64,000 nucleotides of DNA from Acutalibacteraceae bacterium (GTDB lineage: Bacteria; Bacillota; Clostridia; Oscillospirales; Acutalibacteraceae): positions 1,772 to 65,771 of the forward strand of contig JAZOBD010000047.1 of assembly GCA_045595825.1 (NCBI GenBank). The letters run 5' to 3'. The translations under genes and the position numbers were made by a program. Below, one piece after another: positions 18,059-28,081 of the stretch (positions within the stretch are counted from its first letter, which is position 1; every line of letters starts with the position of its first letter). Under the pieces are notes generated by a model, which was not told the origin of the DNA, searched no databases, and worked only from the letters and a program-made list of their open reading frames with translations.

Positions 18059-19507
18059 ATGTGTGACCTTAACAACAAGCTCCACGAAGAGTGCGGTGTG
18101 TTCGGCATTTTTGTTCCCACACGTCAGGACGTTGCGCACTCTGCTTATTACGGACTTTATGCTCTTCAACACAGGGGACAGGAGAGCTGCGGCATTGTTG
18201 TAAACGATGACGGCGTTTTCCACTCCTTCAAAGATATCGGCCTTGTCAATGATGCAATCACAACCGAAACAATGGAAGAGCTCGGCCCCGGTAACATGGC
18301 AATCGGCCACGTGCGTTACGGTGCGCTTGGCACAGACCCGCGCCTGAGTGCTCAGCCCGTCGTTGTTGAGCACATCAAGGGCAGAATGGCGCTTGCCAAC
18401 AACAGTGCACTTATCAACTACTACGAGCTTCGTGAAGAGCTTGAGCTTGAAGGCTCGATTTTCCACACCACAAGCGATGCGGAAATTTTTACCTACATCA
18501 TTACCAAAGAGCGTCTTACCGCACCCTCAATCGAAGAGGCTGTCAACAGGGCAATGTGCAAAATCAAGGGTGCATATTCATTTGTTGTCATGTCACCGTC
18601 AAAGCTTATTGCCGCAAGGGATGAGCGCGGCTTCAAGCCCCTTTGCTACGGTGTGCTCGATGACGGCGGATACGTTGTCGCTTCCGAAAGCTGTGCGCTT
18701 GATTCAATCGGCGCAACACTTGTGCGTGAGCTTGACCCCGGTGAAATCCTTGTTTTCACAAAGGACGGCGTCAAGAGCATACGCGACCACTGCGACAAGG
18801 CTCCTTCGTCTTTTTGCATTTTTGAATATCTTTATTTTGCACGTCCCGACTCGATAATTGACGGTCTTTCCGTCCACAGCGCAAGACTCCGTGCAGGTGC
18901 ATTCCTTGCGCTCGAACATCCCGTTCAGGCAGATGTCGTAATCGGTGTTCCCGACTCCGGTCTTGATGCCGCAATCGGTTATTCAAGACAGTCAGGCATT
19001 CCTTACGGTCTGGGCTTCATCAAAAACAAATACATCGGCAGAACATTCATTGCGCCCGGTCAGGCTTCTCGTGAAGACAAGGTAAAGATTAAACTTAACC
19101 CCATCAGCGAAACAGTCAAGGGCAAGCGAGTTGTTCTTGTTGATGACTCAATCGTCAGAGGCACAACCTGTGCAAGAATTGTCAAGCTTCTGCGTGATGC
19201 GGGTGCAACCGAGGTTCATATGCGTTCCTCAGCTCCTGCGTTCAAATATGTCTGCCATTACGGCACCGACATCGAATCCGAAAAGGTACTTATCGCAAGA
19301 CAGCATACGCTTGAGGAAATCAAAGAAATCCTCGGCGTAGATTCCATCGGTTTCCTGAGCGTTGAAAACGCACCCAAAATCGCCAACGGCTGTGCACGCA
19401 ATTATTGCCTTGCCTGCTTTAACGGCGAATATCCGACCGAAATCCCCTGCAAAAAACAACAAAGAAAATATGAAAAAAAGATTTCTGAAAGTGAGGCTGC
19501 AATATGA
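18059..19507 (+). CDS. purF: Amidophosphoribosyltransferase (Fe-S type)
   Basis: Propeptide then CGVFG, QHRGQES, VLVDDSIVRGTT and four Fe-S Cys; atypical glutamine site (see findings). Confidence 0.92.
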   Translation: MCDLNNKLHEECGVFGIFVPTRQDVAHSAYYGLYALQHRGQESCGIVVNDDGVFHSFKDIGLVNDAITTETMEELGPGNMAIGHVRYGALGTDPRLSAQPVVVEHIKGRMALANNSALINYYELREELELEGSIFHTTSDAEIFTYIITKERLTAPSIEEAVNRAMCKIKGAYSFVVMSPSKLIAARDERGFKPLCYGVLDDGGYVVASESCALDSIGATLVRELDPGEILVFTKDGVKSIRDHCDKAPSSFCIFEYLYFARPDSIIDGLSVHSARLRAGAFLALEHPVQADVVIGVPDSGLDAAIGYSRQSGIPYGLGFIKNKYIGRTFIAPGQASREDKVKIKLNPISETVKGKRVVLVDDSIVRGTTCARIVKLLRDAGATEVHMRSSAPAFKYVCHYGTDIESEKVLIARQHTLEEIKEILGVDSIGFLSVENAPKIANGCARNYCLACFNGEYPTEIPCKKQQRKYEKKISESEAAI

Positions 19508-20538
19508 ACAGTTTCAGTGAAAGCTACAAAGCCGCGGGCGTAGATATTACTGCGGGTTACAAAGCCGTTGAGCTTATGAAAAAACACATTGCCAGAACAC
19601 TTACCGCGGGCGCAATGTCCGACATCGGCGGTTTTGGCGGCCTTTTTGAACTTGATCTGACGGGTATTTCAAAGCCCGTTCTTGTCAGCGGTACTGACGG
19701 CGTCGGCACAAAGTTAAAGCTTGCGTTTATTATGGACAAGCACGACACAGTCGGCATTGACTGCGTTGCAATGTGTGTCAATGACATCATCTGCTGCGGC
19801 GCAAAGCCTCTTTTCTTCCTTGATTACATTGCCTGCGGCAAAAACGTTCCCGAAAGAATTGCTGACATCGTTGCCGGTGTTGCAGAGGGTTGCGTCCAGG
19901 CAGGTGCCGCTCTTATCGGCGGTGAAACCGCTGAAATGCCCGGCTTCTATCCCGTTGATGAATATGACCTTGCAGGCTTCTCTGTCGGTGTTGTCGACCG
20001 TGATAAGGTTGTTGACAACAAAAAAATCAAGGTCGGTGACGCTATTGTCGCACTTCCTTCCAGCGGCGTACATTCAAACGGCTTTTCTCTTGTGAGAAAA
20101 GTTTTTGACGTTGAAAACAAAGACATCAAAACTCCCGTTGCAGAGCTTGGCGGCAAATCAATCGGCGAGGCACTTCTTGCTCCCACCGTTATTTATGTCA
20201 AGCCCATGCTCAACCTCTTTGATAACGTAACAGTCAAGGCTGTTTCACACATCACAGGCGGCGGTTTCTATGAAAATATTCCCAGAAGCATTCCCGCAGG
20301 CTTTGCCGCAAAAATCGAAAAAGCGGCAGTCAGAACTCTGCCCATCTTTGATATGATTGCAAAAGCAGGCGACGTCTGTGAGCGCGATATGTTCAATACA
20401 TTTAATATGGGTGTCGGCATGAGCTGTGTTGTCAGTGCCGAAGAGGCTGATAAGGCTGTTGCCACACTTAAAGCAAACGGTATTGATGCTTATATCATGG
20501 GCGAAGTTGTCAGCGGCGAGGGTGTTGAGTTATGCTAA
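19504..20538 (+). CDS. purM: AIR synthetase (phosphoribosylformylglycinamidine cyclo-ligase)
   Basis: YKAAGVDI, GTDGVGTK, GGETAEMPG and SGVHSNGFS. Confidence 0.96.
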   Translation: MNSFSESYKAAGVDITAGYKAVELMKKHIARTLTAGAMSDIGGFGGLFELDLTGISKPVLVSGTDGVGTKLKLAFIMDKHDTVGIDCVAMCVNDIICCGAKPLFFLDYIACGKNVPERIADIVAGVAEGCVQAGAALIGGETAEMPGFYPVDEYDLAGFSVGVVDRDKVVDNKKIKVGDAIVALPSSGVHSNGFSLVRKVFDVENKDIKTPVAELGGKSIGEALLAPTVIYVKPMLNLFDNVTVKAVSHITGGGFYENIPRSIPAGFAAKIEKAAVRTLPIFDMIAKAGDVCERDMFNTFNMGVGMSCVVSAEEADKAVATLKANGIDAYIMGEVVSGEGVELC

Positions 20539-21140
20539 AAGCAAAAATCGCCGTCCTTGTTTCGGGCGGCGGCACCAATTTGCAGGCGCTCATTGATGCG
20601 CAGAGCAGCGGTATAATCAAAAGCGGTGAAATCGCAGTTGTCATTTCCAACAATGCTGATGCCTATGCACTCACCCGTGCAAAAAATGCGGGTATTGCAA
20701 CGGCAACCGTCATCAAAAAGGAATGTGCATCGCAGGCTGAGTTTGAAAGCAGAATAATTGACATTCTCAATGAAAATGAGATTGATCTTATTGTGCTTGC
20801 AGGCTTTATGTGTATTCTCAGCGCAGATTTCACACGCCGCTACGATGAAAGAATTGTCAACGTACATCCGTCACTTATTCCGTCTTTTTGCGGCAAGGGC
20901 TTTTACGGCCTGCGCGTGCACGAGGCGGCACTTGAATACGGTGTCAGGGTGACGGGTGCAACCGTTCATTTTGTAAATGAAATTCCCGACGGCGGCAGAA
21001 TCATTCTGCAAAAGGCTGTCGCAATCCGTAAGGGTGACACACCGAAAACTCTTCAGAAAAGAGTTATGCAGCAGGCAGAGTGGAAGATTCTTCCCAAAGC
21101 CGTTGAACTTGTTTCAAAAGATATTATTGCAGGAAAATAA
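20532..21140 (+). CDS. purN: GAR transformylase
   Basis: VSGGGTNLQA, VNVHPSLIP and TGATVHFV. Confidence 0.95.
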   Translation: MLKAKIAVLVSGGGTNLQALIDAQSSGIIKSGEIAVVISNNADAYALTRAKNAGIATATVIKKECASQAEFESRIIDILNENEIDLIVLAGFMCILSADFTRRYDERIVNVHPSLIPSFCGKGFYGLRVHEAALEYGVRVTGATVHFVNEIPDGGRIILQKAVAIRKGDTPKTLQKRVMQQAEWKILPKAVELVSKDIIAGK

Positions 21141-21160
21141 GAAAGGTAAGGTAAGCAAAA

Positions 21161-21886
21161 ATGAGCATTTACGAGTGCGCCGATATCGGCAAGATTCTCA
21201 GCGAGAATACATATCCCGGCAGAGGAATCATTGTGGGCAAATCTGCTGACGGAACAAAGGCGGTTTCTGCATATTTCATTATGGGCAGAAGCGAAAACAG
21301 CCGTAACCGTGTTTTTGAAGAAAAAAAAGATGAAATCAAAATCCTTCCCTTTGACGCATCAAAGGTTGAGGATCCCTCTCTCATTATTTACTACCCCGTG
21401 CGCAAGTTTGAAGACACCCTTGTTGTAACAAACGGTGACCAGACAGATACGGTTTATGATTTCATTAAAGAGGGCAAAACCTTTGAGCAGGCGCTTGAAA
21501 CACGTTGTTTTGAGCCCGATGCCCCCAACTTCACACCTAGAATCAGCGCACAGCTTACCGAAAAAGACGGTGCTTTCACTTACAAAATGAGCATCCTCAA
21601 AAGCAACGATGCCGTTGGCAGTGATTGCAACCGTTACACCTTTACTTATGCTCCCGTTAACGGTGTCGGCCACTTTATCCACACCTATAACCACGACGGT
21701 AACCCCATCCCCACTTTCACAGGTGAGCCTGAAAGAATCGAAATTGTTGATGATATTAACGAGCTTGCCGAAAAAATTTGGGCAAATCTTAATCCTGACA
21801 ATAAAATTTCTCTTTATGTCCGCTATTTCGACCTTGCGACCGGCGCTTGTGAAACCAGACTTTACAACAAGCATTTAGGAAATTAA
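21161..21886 (+). CDS. IMP cyclohydrolase-like protein (PurO-like Ntn fold)
   Basis: YPGRGI, YFIMGRSENSRNR, TNGDQTD and FEPDAPNFTPRIS; located in the pur operon. Confidence 0.8.
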   Translation: MSIYECADIGKILSENTYPGRGIIVGKSADGTKAVSAYFIMGRSENSRNRVFEEKKDEIKILPFDASKVEDPSLIIYYPVRKFEDTLVVTNGDQTDTVYDFIKEGKTFEQALETRCFEPDAPNFTPRISAQLTEKDGAFTYKMSILKSNDAVGSDCNRYTFTYAPVNGVGHFIHTYNHDGNPIPTFTGEPERIEIVDDINELAEKIWANLNPDNKISLYVRYFDLATGACETRLYNKHLGN

Positions 21887-21900
21887 CGGAGGATTTTAAA

Positions 21901-23085
21901 ATGAAAGAATTTGAACTCAAATACGGTTGTAACCCCAACCAGAAACCCGCCAAAATTTATATGCACGACGGCACAGAGCTCCCCATTGAGATTTTGTCCG
22001 GCCGTCCCGGTTACATTAATTTCCTTGATGCTTTCAATTCCTGGCAGCTTGTCAAGGAAATCAAAGCGGCACTCAATATGCCTGCCGCAACATCATTCAA
22101 ACACGTCAGCCCCACATCTGCGGCTGTCGGCACACCCCTGAGCGATACACTCAAAAAAGCCTGCTTTGTTGATGATATCGAAGGTCTTGACGATTCTCCG
22201 CTTGCCTGCGCTTATGCAAGAGCAAGAGGCACGGACAGAATGTCCTCATACGGCGACTGGATTGCCCTGAGCGATGTTTGTGACGTTACAACCGCCAACA
22301 TCATCAAACGCGAGGTTTCCGACGGCATCATTGCCCCCGGATATGAGCCCGAAGCACTTGAAATTCTCAAAACAAAGAGAAAGGGTACATACAATATCAT
22401 TAAAATCGATCCCGATTTTATTCCCGACCCTCAGGAAATCAAGCAGGTTTTCGGCATTACCTTTGAGCAGGGCAGAAACAATTTCAAAATTGATAACTCC
22501 TTGCTTGAAAATCTTGTAACAGAAAATAAAGGGCTTCCCGACAGCGCAAAGCGTGACCTCATTATTGCGCTCATCACTCTTAAATATACACAGTCCAATT
22601 CCGTTTGCTACGCCGTTGACGGTCAGGCAATCGGTGTCGGCGCAGGTCAGCAGTCAAGAATTCACTGCACACGTCTTGCCGGCAATAAGGCTGACATCTG
22701 GCACTTAAGACAGCATCCGAAAGTGCTTAATCTTCAGTTTGTTCCCACAATCGGCAGAGCAGACAGAGACAACACGATTGATACATATATTTCCGATGAA
22801 TTTGAAGATGTTCTCGGCGATGACGTATGGCAGAATTTCTTCGCAGTCAGACCCGAACCCTTCACCAAGGAAGAGCAGAAGGCATGGCTTGCACAGATTA
22901 ACGGTGTTGCCCTCGGCAGTGACGCATTCTTCCCCTTCGGCGACAACATTGAGCGTGCACGCAAGAGCGGTGTTACCTACGTTGCACAGCCCGGCGGCTC
23001 TGTCAGAGATGACCACGTCATTATGACCTGCAATAAATATAAAATGGCAATGGCATTCACCGGAATGCGCCTTTTCCATCACTGA
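21901..23085 (+). CDS. purH: AICAR formyltransferase (PurH C-terminal domain only)
   Basis: LKYGCNPNQ, SFKHVSP, KYTQSNS and SDAFFPF; lacks the N-terminal MGS/IMPCH domain. Confidence 0.88.
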   Translation: MKEFELKYGCNPNQKPAKIYMHDGTELPIEILSGRPGYINFLDAFNSWQLVKEIKAALNMPAATSFKHVSPTSAAVGTPLSDTLKKACFVDDIEGLDDSPLACAYARARGTDRMSSYGDWIALSDVCDVTTANIIKREVSDGIIAPGYEPEALEILKTKRKGTYNIIKIDPDFIPDPQEIKQVFGITFEQGRNNFKIDNSLLENLVTENKGLPDSAKRDLIIALITLKYTQSNSVCYAVDGQAIGVGAGQQSRIHCTRLAGNKADIWHLRQHPKVLNLQFVPTIGRADRDNTIDTYISDEFEDVLGDDVWQNFFAVRPEPFTKEEQKAWLAQINGVALGSDAFFPFGDNIERARKSGVTYVAQPGGSVRDDHVIMTCNKYKMAMAFTGMRLFHH

Positions 23086-23103
23086 TAAACGGAGGATTGT
23101 TCT

Positions 23104-24363
23104 ATGAAAGTCGTAGTCATCGGTGGCGGCGGCAGAGAGCATGCGATTATCAAAAAGCTTAAAGAAAGTCCGCAGATTACCGAAATTTTTGCATTGCCCG
23201 GCAACGGCGGCATTGCCGCTGACGCCACTTGTGTTGCCATTGGTGCAACAGATATCGGCGCAATTGTTGATTTTATAAAGAATAATGACATCGGGTTTGC
23301 CGTTGTTGCACCCGACGACCCGCTTGTACTCGGCGCAGTCGACGAAATCGAAAAACTCGGCGTTCCCTGTTTCGGCCCGAACAAAGCGGCTGCAATCATT
23401 GAGGGAAGCAAGGTTTTTTCAAAGAATCTGATGAAAAAATACGGCATCCCCACCGCACAGTACGAAGTCTTTTCTGATATGGATGCGGCACTTGCTTACC
23501 TTGAAACCGCACCCATTCCCACAGTTATCAAGGCTGACGGTCTTGCTCTCGGCAAAGGTGTTATCATCGCCGCAACCCGTCAGGAAGCTTTTGATGCTGT
23601 TCACTCCATGATGGAAGATAAGGTTTTCGGCGAAAGCGGCAGCAATGTTGTTATTGAAGAATTCCTTACAGGCCCCGAGGTTTCCGTTTTGTCATTTACC
23701 GACGGTAAAACCGTTGTTCCCATGGTTTCTTCAATGGACCACAAACGTGCGCTTGACAATGACGAAGGTCTCAATACCGGCGGTATGGGTACAGTTGCCC
23801 CCAACCCTTATTACACCCCTGAGATTGCAAAGAGATGTATGGAAGAAATCTTCCTTCCGACCGTCAACGCAATGAATTCCGAGGGCAGAAGCTTCAAGGG
23901 TTGCCTTTATTTCGGCCTTATGATTACTGCCGACGGCCCCAAGGTTATCGAATATAACTGCCGTTTCGGTGACCCCGAAACACAGGTTGTTCTGCCTTTG
24001 CTTAAAACAGATTTGTTTGAAATCATGAAGGCTGTTTCTGCCGGCACACTCGGCGAAATGAACGTTGAATTCAGCAACGATAACGCCTGCTGTGTAATTA
24101 TGGCAAGCAACGGTTATCCTCAAAAATATCAGTCGGGCTTTGAAATCACTGTTTCACCCGATTTCGATAAAGAGCTGTTTGTCGCGGGCGCAAAGCTCGT
24201 TGACGGCAAGCTTCTCACAAGCGGCGGCAGAGTTCTCGGTGTTACGGCGGTTGAGCCTACACTTGAACAGGCCGTAAAATCCGCCTATGAGGGCGTGGAA
24301 AAGGTATCCTTTGAAAACGCTTATTGCCGTAAGGATATCGGTAAACGCGCTTTAATGGCATAA
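23104..24363 (+). CDS. purD: GAR synthetase
   Basis: GGGGREHA, PGNGG, KADGLALGKGV, NTGGMG and EYNCRFGDPE. Confidence 0.96.
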   Translation: MKVVVIGGGGREHAIIKKLKESPQITEIFALPGNGGIAADATCVAIGATDIGAIVDFIKNNDIGFAVVAPDDPLVLGAVDEIEKLGVPCFGPNKAAAIIEGSKVFSKNLMKKYGIPTAQYEVFSDMDAALAYLETAPIPTVIKADGLALGKGVIIAATRQEAFDAVHSMMEDKVFGESGSNVVIEEFLTGPEVSVLSFTDGKTVVPMVSSMDHKRALDNDEGLNTGGMGTVAPNPYYTPEIAKRCMEEIFLPTVNAMNSEGRSFKGCLYFGLMITADGPKVIEYNCRFGDPETQVVLPLLKTDLFEIMKAVSAGTLGEMNVEFSNDNACCVIMASNGYPQKYQSGFEITVSPDFDKELFVAGAKLVDGKLLTSGGRVLGVTAVEPTLEQAVKSAYEGVEKVSFENAYCRKDIGKRALMA

Positions 24364-24376
24364 GGAGGAAAAGCTA

Positions 24377-27300
24377 ATGGTATACAGAGTTTATGTCGAA
24401 AAAAAGCAGGGCCTCGCCAATGAGGCAAACTCGCTTTGCAATGATATAAAAACATTGCTTCAGATTGAAAAGCTTGAGTCGCTTCGTCTGCTCAACAGAT
24501 ACGATGTTGAAAACATTGACAGCGAGCTTTTTGATTACAGTGTTTCAACCGTTTTTTCAGAGCCTCAGCTTGACAATGTTGCATATTCGCTCGGCGACAC
24601 CTCCGACTGCACGGTGTTTGCCGTTGAATATCTTCCCGGTCAGTTTGACCAGAGAGCTGACTCTGCGGCACAGTGCATCCAGATTATCTCACAGGAGGAA
24701 CGTCCTCTTGTAAGAACTGCAAGAATTTATATGCTTTACGGCGACCTCACTGCTGAGGATGTTGCCGCAATCAAAAAGTACGTTATCAACCCCGTTGAAA
24801 GCCGTGAGGCAACACTTGACGAATTCAAGACTCTTGTAACAGAGTATGAAATTCCCGAAAGTGTTGAAACCCTTGACGGATTTATTTCACTTGATGCCGA
24901 CGGTCTTGCGGCGTTTGTTAAAAAATACGGTCTTGCAATGGATTGCGATGACATTGCTTTTTGTCAGAGCTATTTCAAGAAAGAGGGCAGGGAGCCGACA
25001 ATTACCGAAATCAGAATGATTGACACATACTGGTCGGACCATTGCCGTCATACCACTTTCCTTACAACAATTGACAGCGTTAAGTTTGAAGATGAGCTTC
25101 TCGAAAAGACTTATAACGATTATCTTGCCGCACGCAAGGCGATCAACCGCACAAAGCCTGTTAATCTTATGGATGTTGCAACTGTCTGCACCAGATATCT
25201 TAAAGCAAACGGCAAGCTTCCGAGAATTGACGAGTCAGAAGAAATCAACGCCTGCACAGTTAAAATCAAGGTTAACGTTGAAGGTGAAGAGCAGGATTGG
25301 CTGCTTCTCTTCAAGAACGAAACACATAACCATCCCACCGAAATTGAGCCCTGCGGCGGTGCCGCCACCTGCATCGGCGGTGCCATCCGTGACCCGCTTT
25401 CGGGCAGAGCTTATGTTTACGGTGCAATGCGTGTAACGGGTGCGGCAAATCCGCTTGTTCCCGTTAAAGATACAATCAAGGGCAAGCTGCCCCAGCGCAA
25501 GATTGTCACAACCGCCGCCGCAGGTTACAGCTCCTACGGCAATCAGATCGGTCTTGCTACGGGTCAGGTTGATGAACTTTATCACGACGGCTATGCTGCA
25601 AAGCGTATGGAAATCGGCGCTGTTGTCGGTGCCGCTCCTGCTGAAAACGTAAGACGTGAATGTCCCGTTGACGGTGATATCGTTATTCTTCTCGGCGGAC
25701 GCACGGGCCGCGACGGTTGCGGCGGTGCTACCGGCTCATCAAAGTCCCACACACTTGATTCTCTCGAATCCTGCGGCGCAGAGGTACAGAAGGGTAATGC
25801 TCCCGAGGAAAGAAAGCTTCAGCGCCTTTTCAGAAATAAAGAAGCATCACGCCTTATCAAGCGTTGTAACGACTTCGGTGCAGGCGGTGTTTCCGTTGCC
25901 ATCGGCGAGCTTGCAGACGGTCTTGAAATTGACCTCAATGCAGTTCCCAAGAAGTACGAAGGACTTGACGGCACAGAGCTTGCAATCAGTGAATCTCAGG
26001 AGAGAATGGCTGTTGTTGTTGCGGCAAACGATGTTGAGTGCTTCAAAAAGCTTGCAGATTCCGAAAATCTTGAAGCAACGGTTGTTGCCGAGGTTAAGGC
26101 AGAGCCCAGACTCCGCATGAAGTGGAACGGCAAGTACATTGTTGACCTTTCCAGAGAATTCCTTAACTCGAACGGTGCTGAAAAGCACATTGATATCACT
26201 CCCGCAGCTCCCGAATGTTATAAAAAGACTGTCGGCACAGACTTTGAAAAAGAGCTTGTTGCCCTTGCAGATGACCTCAACGTCTGCTCAAAGCGCGGCC
26301 TTTCAGAGCGTTTTGACTCAACAATCGGTGCAGGCACGGTTATGATGCCCTTCGGCGGCAAAAATCAGCTGACCCCCTCTCAGGCAATGGTAAACAAGGT
26401 TTCGGTTGAGAAGAAGCACACAGATACCTGCTCGCTTATGGCGTGGGGCTACAACCCCTTCATCGCCGAAAAGAGCCCCTATCACAGCGCATATCTTGCT
26501 GTTGTTGAATCCGTATCAAAGCTTATCGCTACGGGCGCAGATTTCACAGACGTTTATCTTACCTTCCAGGAATACTTTGAAAAGCCAATGCGTGACGGCA
26601 AGCGTTGGGGTAAACCCCTCGCCGCACTTCTCGGTGCATTCAAAGCACAGATGGATTTTGAAATTGCATCAATCGGCGGTAAGGACTCAATGAGCGGTAC
26701 GTTCGAAGACATTGATGTTCCTCCCACACTTGTTTCTTTTGCAGTTACAACCGATGATGTAAAGAACATTGTCACTCCCGAATTCAAAGCAGCCGGCAAT
26801 AAGGTTGTTCTTCTTAAACCCGAATATGACAGCAACCATCTTCCTGTTGCCGAATCCGTTAAGGCAAACTTTGCAACTGTCAGCAAGCTTGTCCGTGAGG
26901 GTAAGGTGCTTTCTGCATATACTCCCGGTTACGGCGGCATTGCCGAGGCAATAATGAAGATGTGCTTCGGTAACGACATCGGCTTTGATTTTGCCGACGG
27001 TTTCTCAATGGATGAAATTTTCGGCTATTCATACGGTTCATTCATTCTTGAACTTGCCGATAATACAGATGTCGGTGTTGTTCTCGGTGCCACAACGGGC
27101 GAAAAGGCAATCAAATTCGGCGGCACAGCCGTTTGCCTTGATAAATTGCTTGACACTTACGAAAATAAGCTTGAACCCATTTTCAGCTGCAACATTGAGC
27201 AGTCCCACGGCGAAATTCCTGCGTTTGAGTTTAAAGCAAACGAGTGGAGCTCACCCGTCATCAAGACCGCTCAGCCCAAGGTGCTTATTCCCGTATTCCC

Positions 27301-28069
27301 CGGTACAAACTGTGAGTTTGATACCGCAAAAGCACTTGAAACAGCAGGCGCAAAGGCTGAAATCATTGTTATCAATAACCTTACCCCCGCAGGTATTGCA
27401 AACAGTGTTGATTACTTTGTAAAACAGATTTCCGAGTCACAGGTTATCTTTATCCCCGGCGGCTTCTCCGGCGGTGACGAGCCCGACGGCTCAGGTAAAT
27501 TCATTACCGCATTCTTCCGCAACGGCACGGTCAAAGAAGCTGTCAATGAGCTTCTTAAAAACCGCGACGGCCTGATGTGCGGCATCTGCAACGGCTTCCA
27601 GGCAATCATCAAGCTCGGTCTTGTTCCTTATGGTGAGATTATTGACACCGATGAAAACTGCCCGACGCTGACCTTCAACACAATCGGACGCCACCAGTCA
27701 CGTATTGTACGCACACGCATCGCTTCCAACAAATCGCCCTGGCTTATGAATACACAGGTCGGCGATATTTATTCAGTGCCCATTTCTCACGGCGAAGGTA
27801 AATTCCTTGCAAGTGAAGATCTTATCAGAAAGCTTGCCGAAAACGGTCAGATTGCGACACAGTATGTTGACCTTGAGGGCAAACCTTCCTCTGATATTCA
27901 TTTCAATCCCAACGACTCCGCTTTTGCGGTTGAAGGCATCACTTCACCCGACGGCAGAGTTTTCGGCAAAATGGGTCACTCGGAAAGAATCGGCAACGGT
28001 CTTTATAAGAACGTTGAGGGTAACTATAATATCGGCTTGTTTGATTCAGCCGTTAAATACTTCAGATAA
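24377..28069 (+). CDS. purL: FGAM synthase, single-chain large type
   Basis: DTYWSDHCRH, KNETHNHP, DFGAGG; glutaminase motifs PGGFSGGD, GICNGFQ and MGHSER. Confidence 0.95.
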   Translation: MVYRVYVEKKQGLANEANSLCNDIKTLLQIEKLESLRLLNRYDVENIDSELFDYSVSTVFSEPQLDNVAYSLGDTSDCTVFAVEYLPGQFDQRADSAAQCIQIISQEERPLVRTARIYMLYGDLTAEDVAAIKKYVINPVESREATLDEFKTLVTEYEIPESVETLDGFISLDADGLAAFVKKYGLAMDCDDIAFCQSYFKKEGREPTITEIRMIDTYWSDHCRHTTFLTTIDSVKFEDELLEKTYNDYLAARKAINRTKPVNLMDVATVCTRYLKANGKLPRIDESEEINACTVKIKVNVEGEEQDWLLLFKNETHNHPTEIEPCGGAATCIGGAIRDPLSGRAYVYGAMRVTGAANPLVPVKDTIKGKLPQRKIVTTAAAGYSSYGNQIGLATGQVDELYHDGYAAKRMEIGAVVGAAPAENVRRECPVDGDIVILLGGRTGRDGCGGATGSSKSHTLDSLESCGAEVQKGNAPEERKLQRLFRNKEASRLIKRCNDFGAGGVSVAIGELADGLEIDLNAVPKKYEGLDGTELAISESQERMAVVVAANDVECFKKLADSENLEATVVAEVKAEPRLRMKWNGKYIVDLSREFLNSNGAEKHIDITPAAPECYKKTVGTDFEKELVALADDLNVCSKRGLSERFDSTIGAGTVMMPFGGKNQLTPSQAMVNKVSVEKKHTDTCSLMAWGYNPFIAEKSPYHSAYLAVVESVSKLIATGADFTDVYLTFQEYFEKPMRDGKRWGKPLAALLGAFKAQMDFEIASIGGKDSMSGTFEDIDVPPTLVSFAVTTDDVKNIVTPEFKAAGNKVVLLKPEYDSNHLPVAESVKANFATVSKLVREGKVLSAYTPGYGGIAEAIMKMCFGNDIGFDFADGFSMDEIFGYSYGSFILELADNTDVGVVLGATTGEKAIKFGGTAVCLDKLLDTYENKLEPIFSCNIEQSHGEIPAFEFKANEWSSPVIKTAQPKVLIPVFPGTNCEFDTAKALETAGAKAEIIVINNLTPAGIANSVDYFVKQISESQVIFIPGGFSGGDEPDGSGKFITAFFRNGTVKEAVNELLKNRDGLMCGICNGFQAIIKLGLVPYGEIIDTDENCPTLTFNTIGRHQSRIVRTRIASNKSPWLMNTQVGDIYSVPISHGEGKFLASEDLIRKLAENGQIATQYVDLEGKPSSDIHFNPNDSAFAVEGITSPDGRVFGKMGHSERIGNGLYKNVEGNYNIGLFDSAVKYFR

Positions 28070-28081
28070 GGAGAGTGTAAA

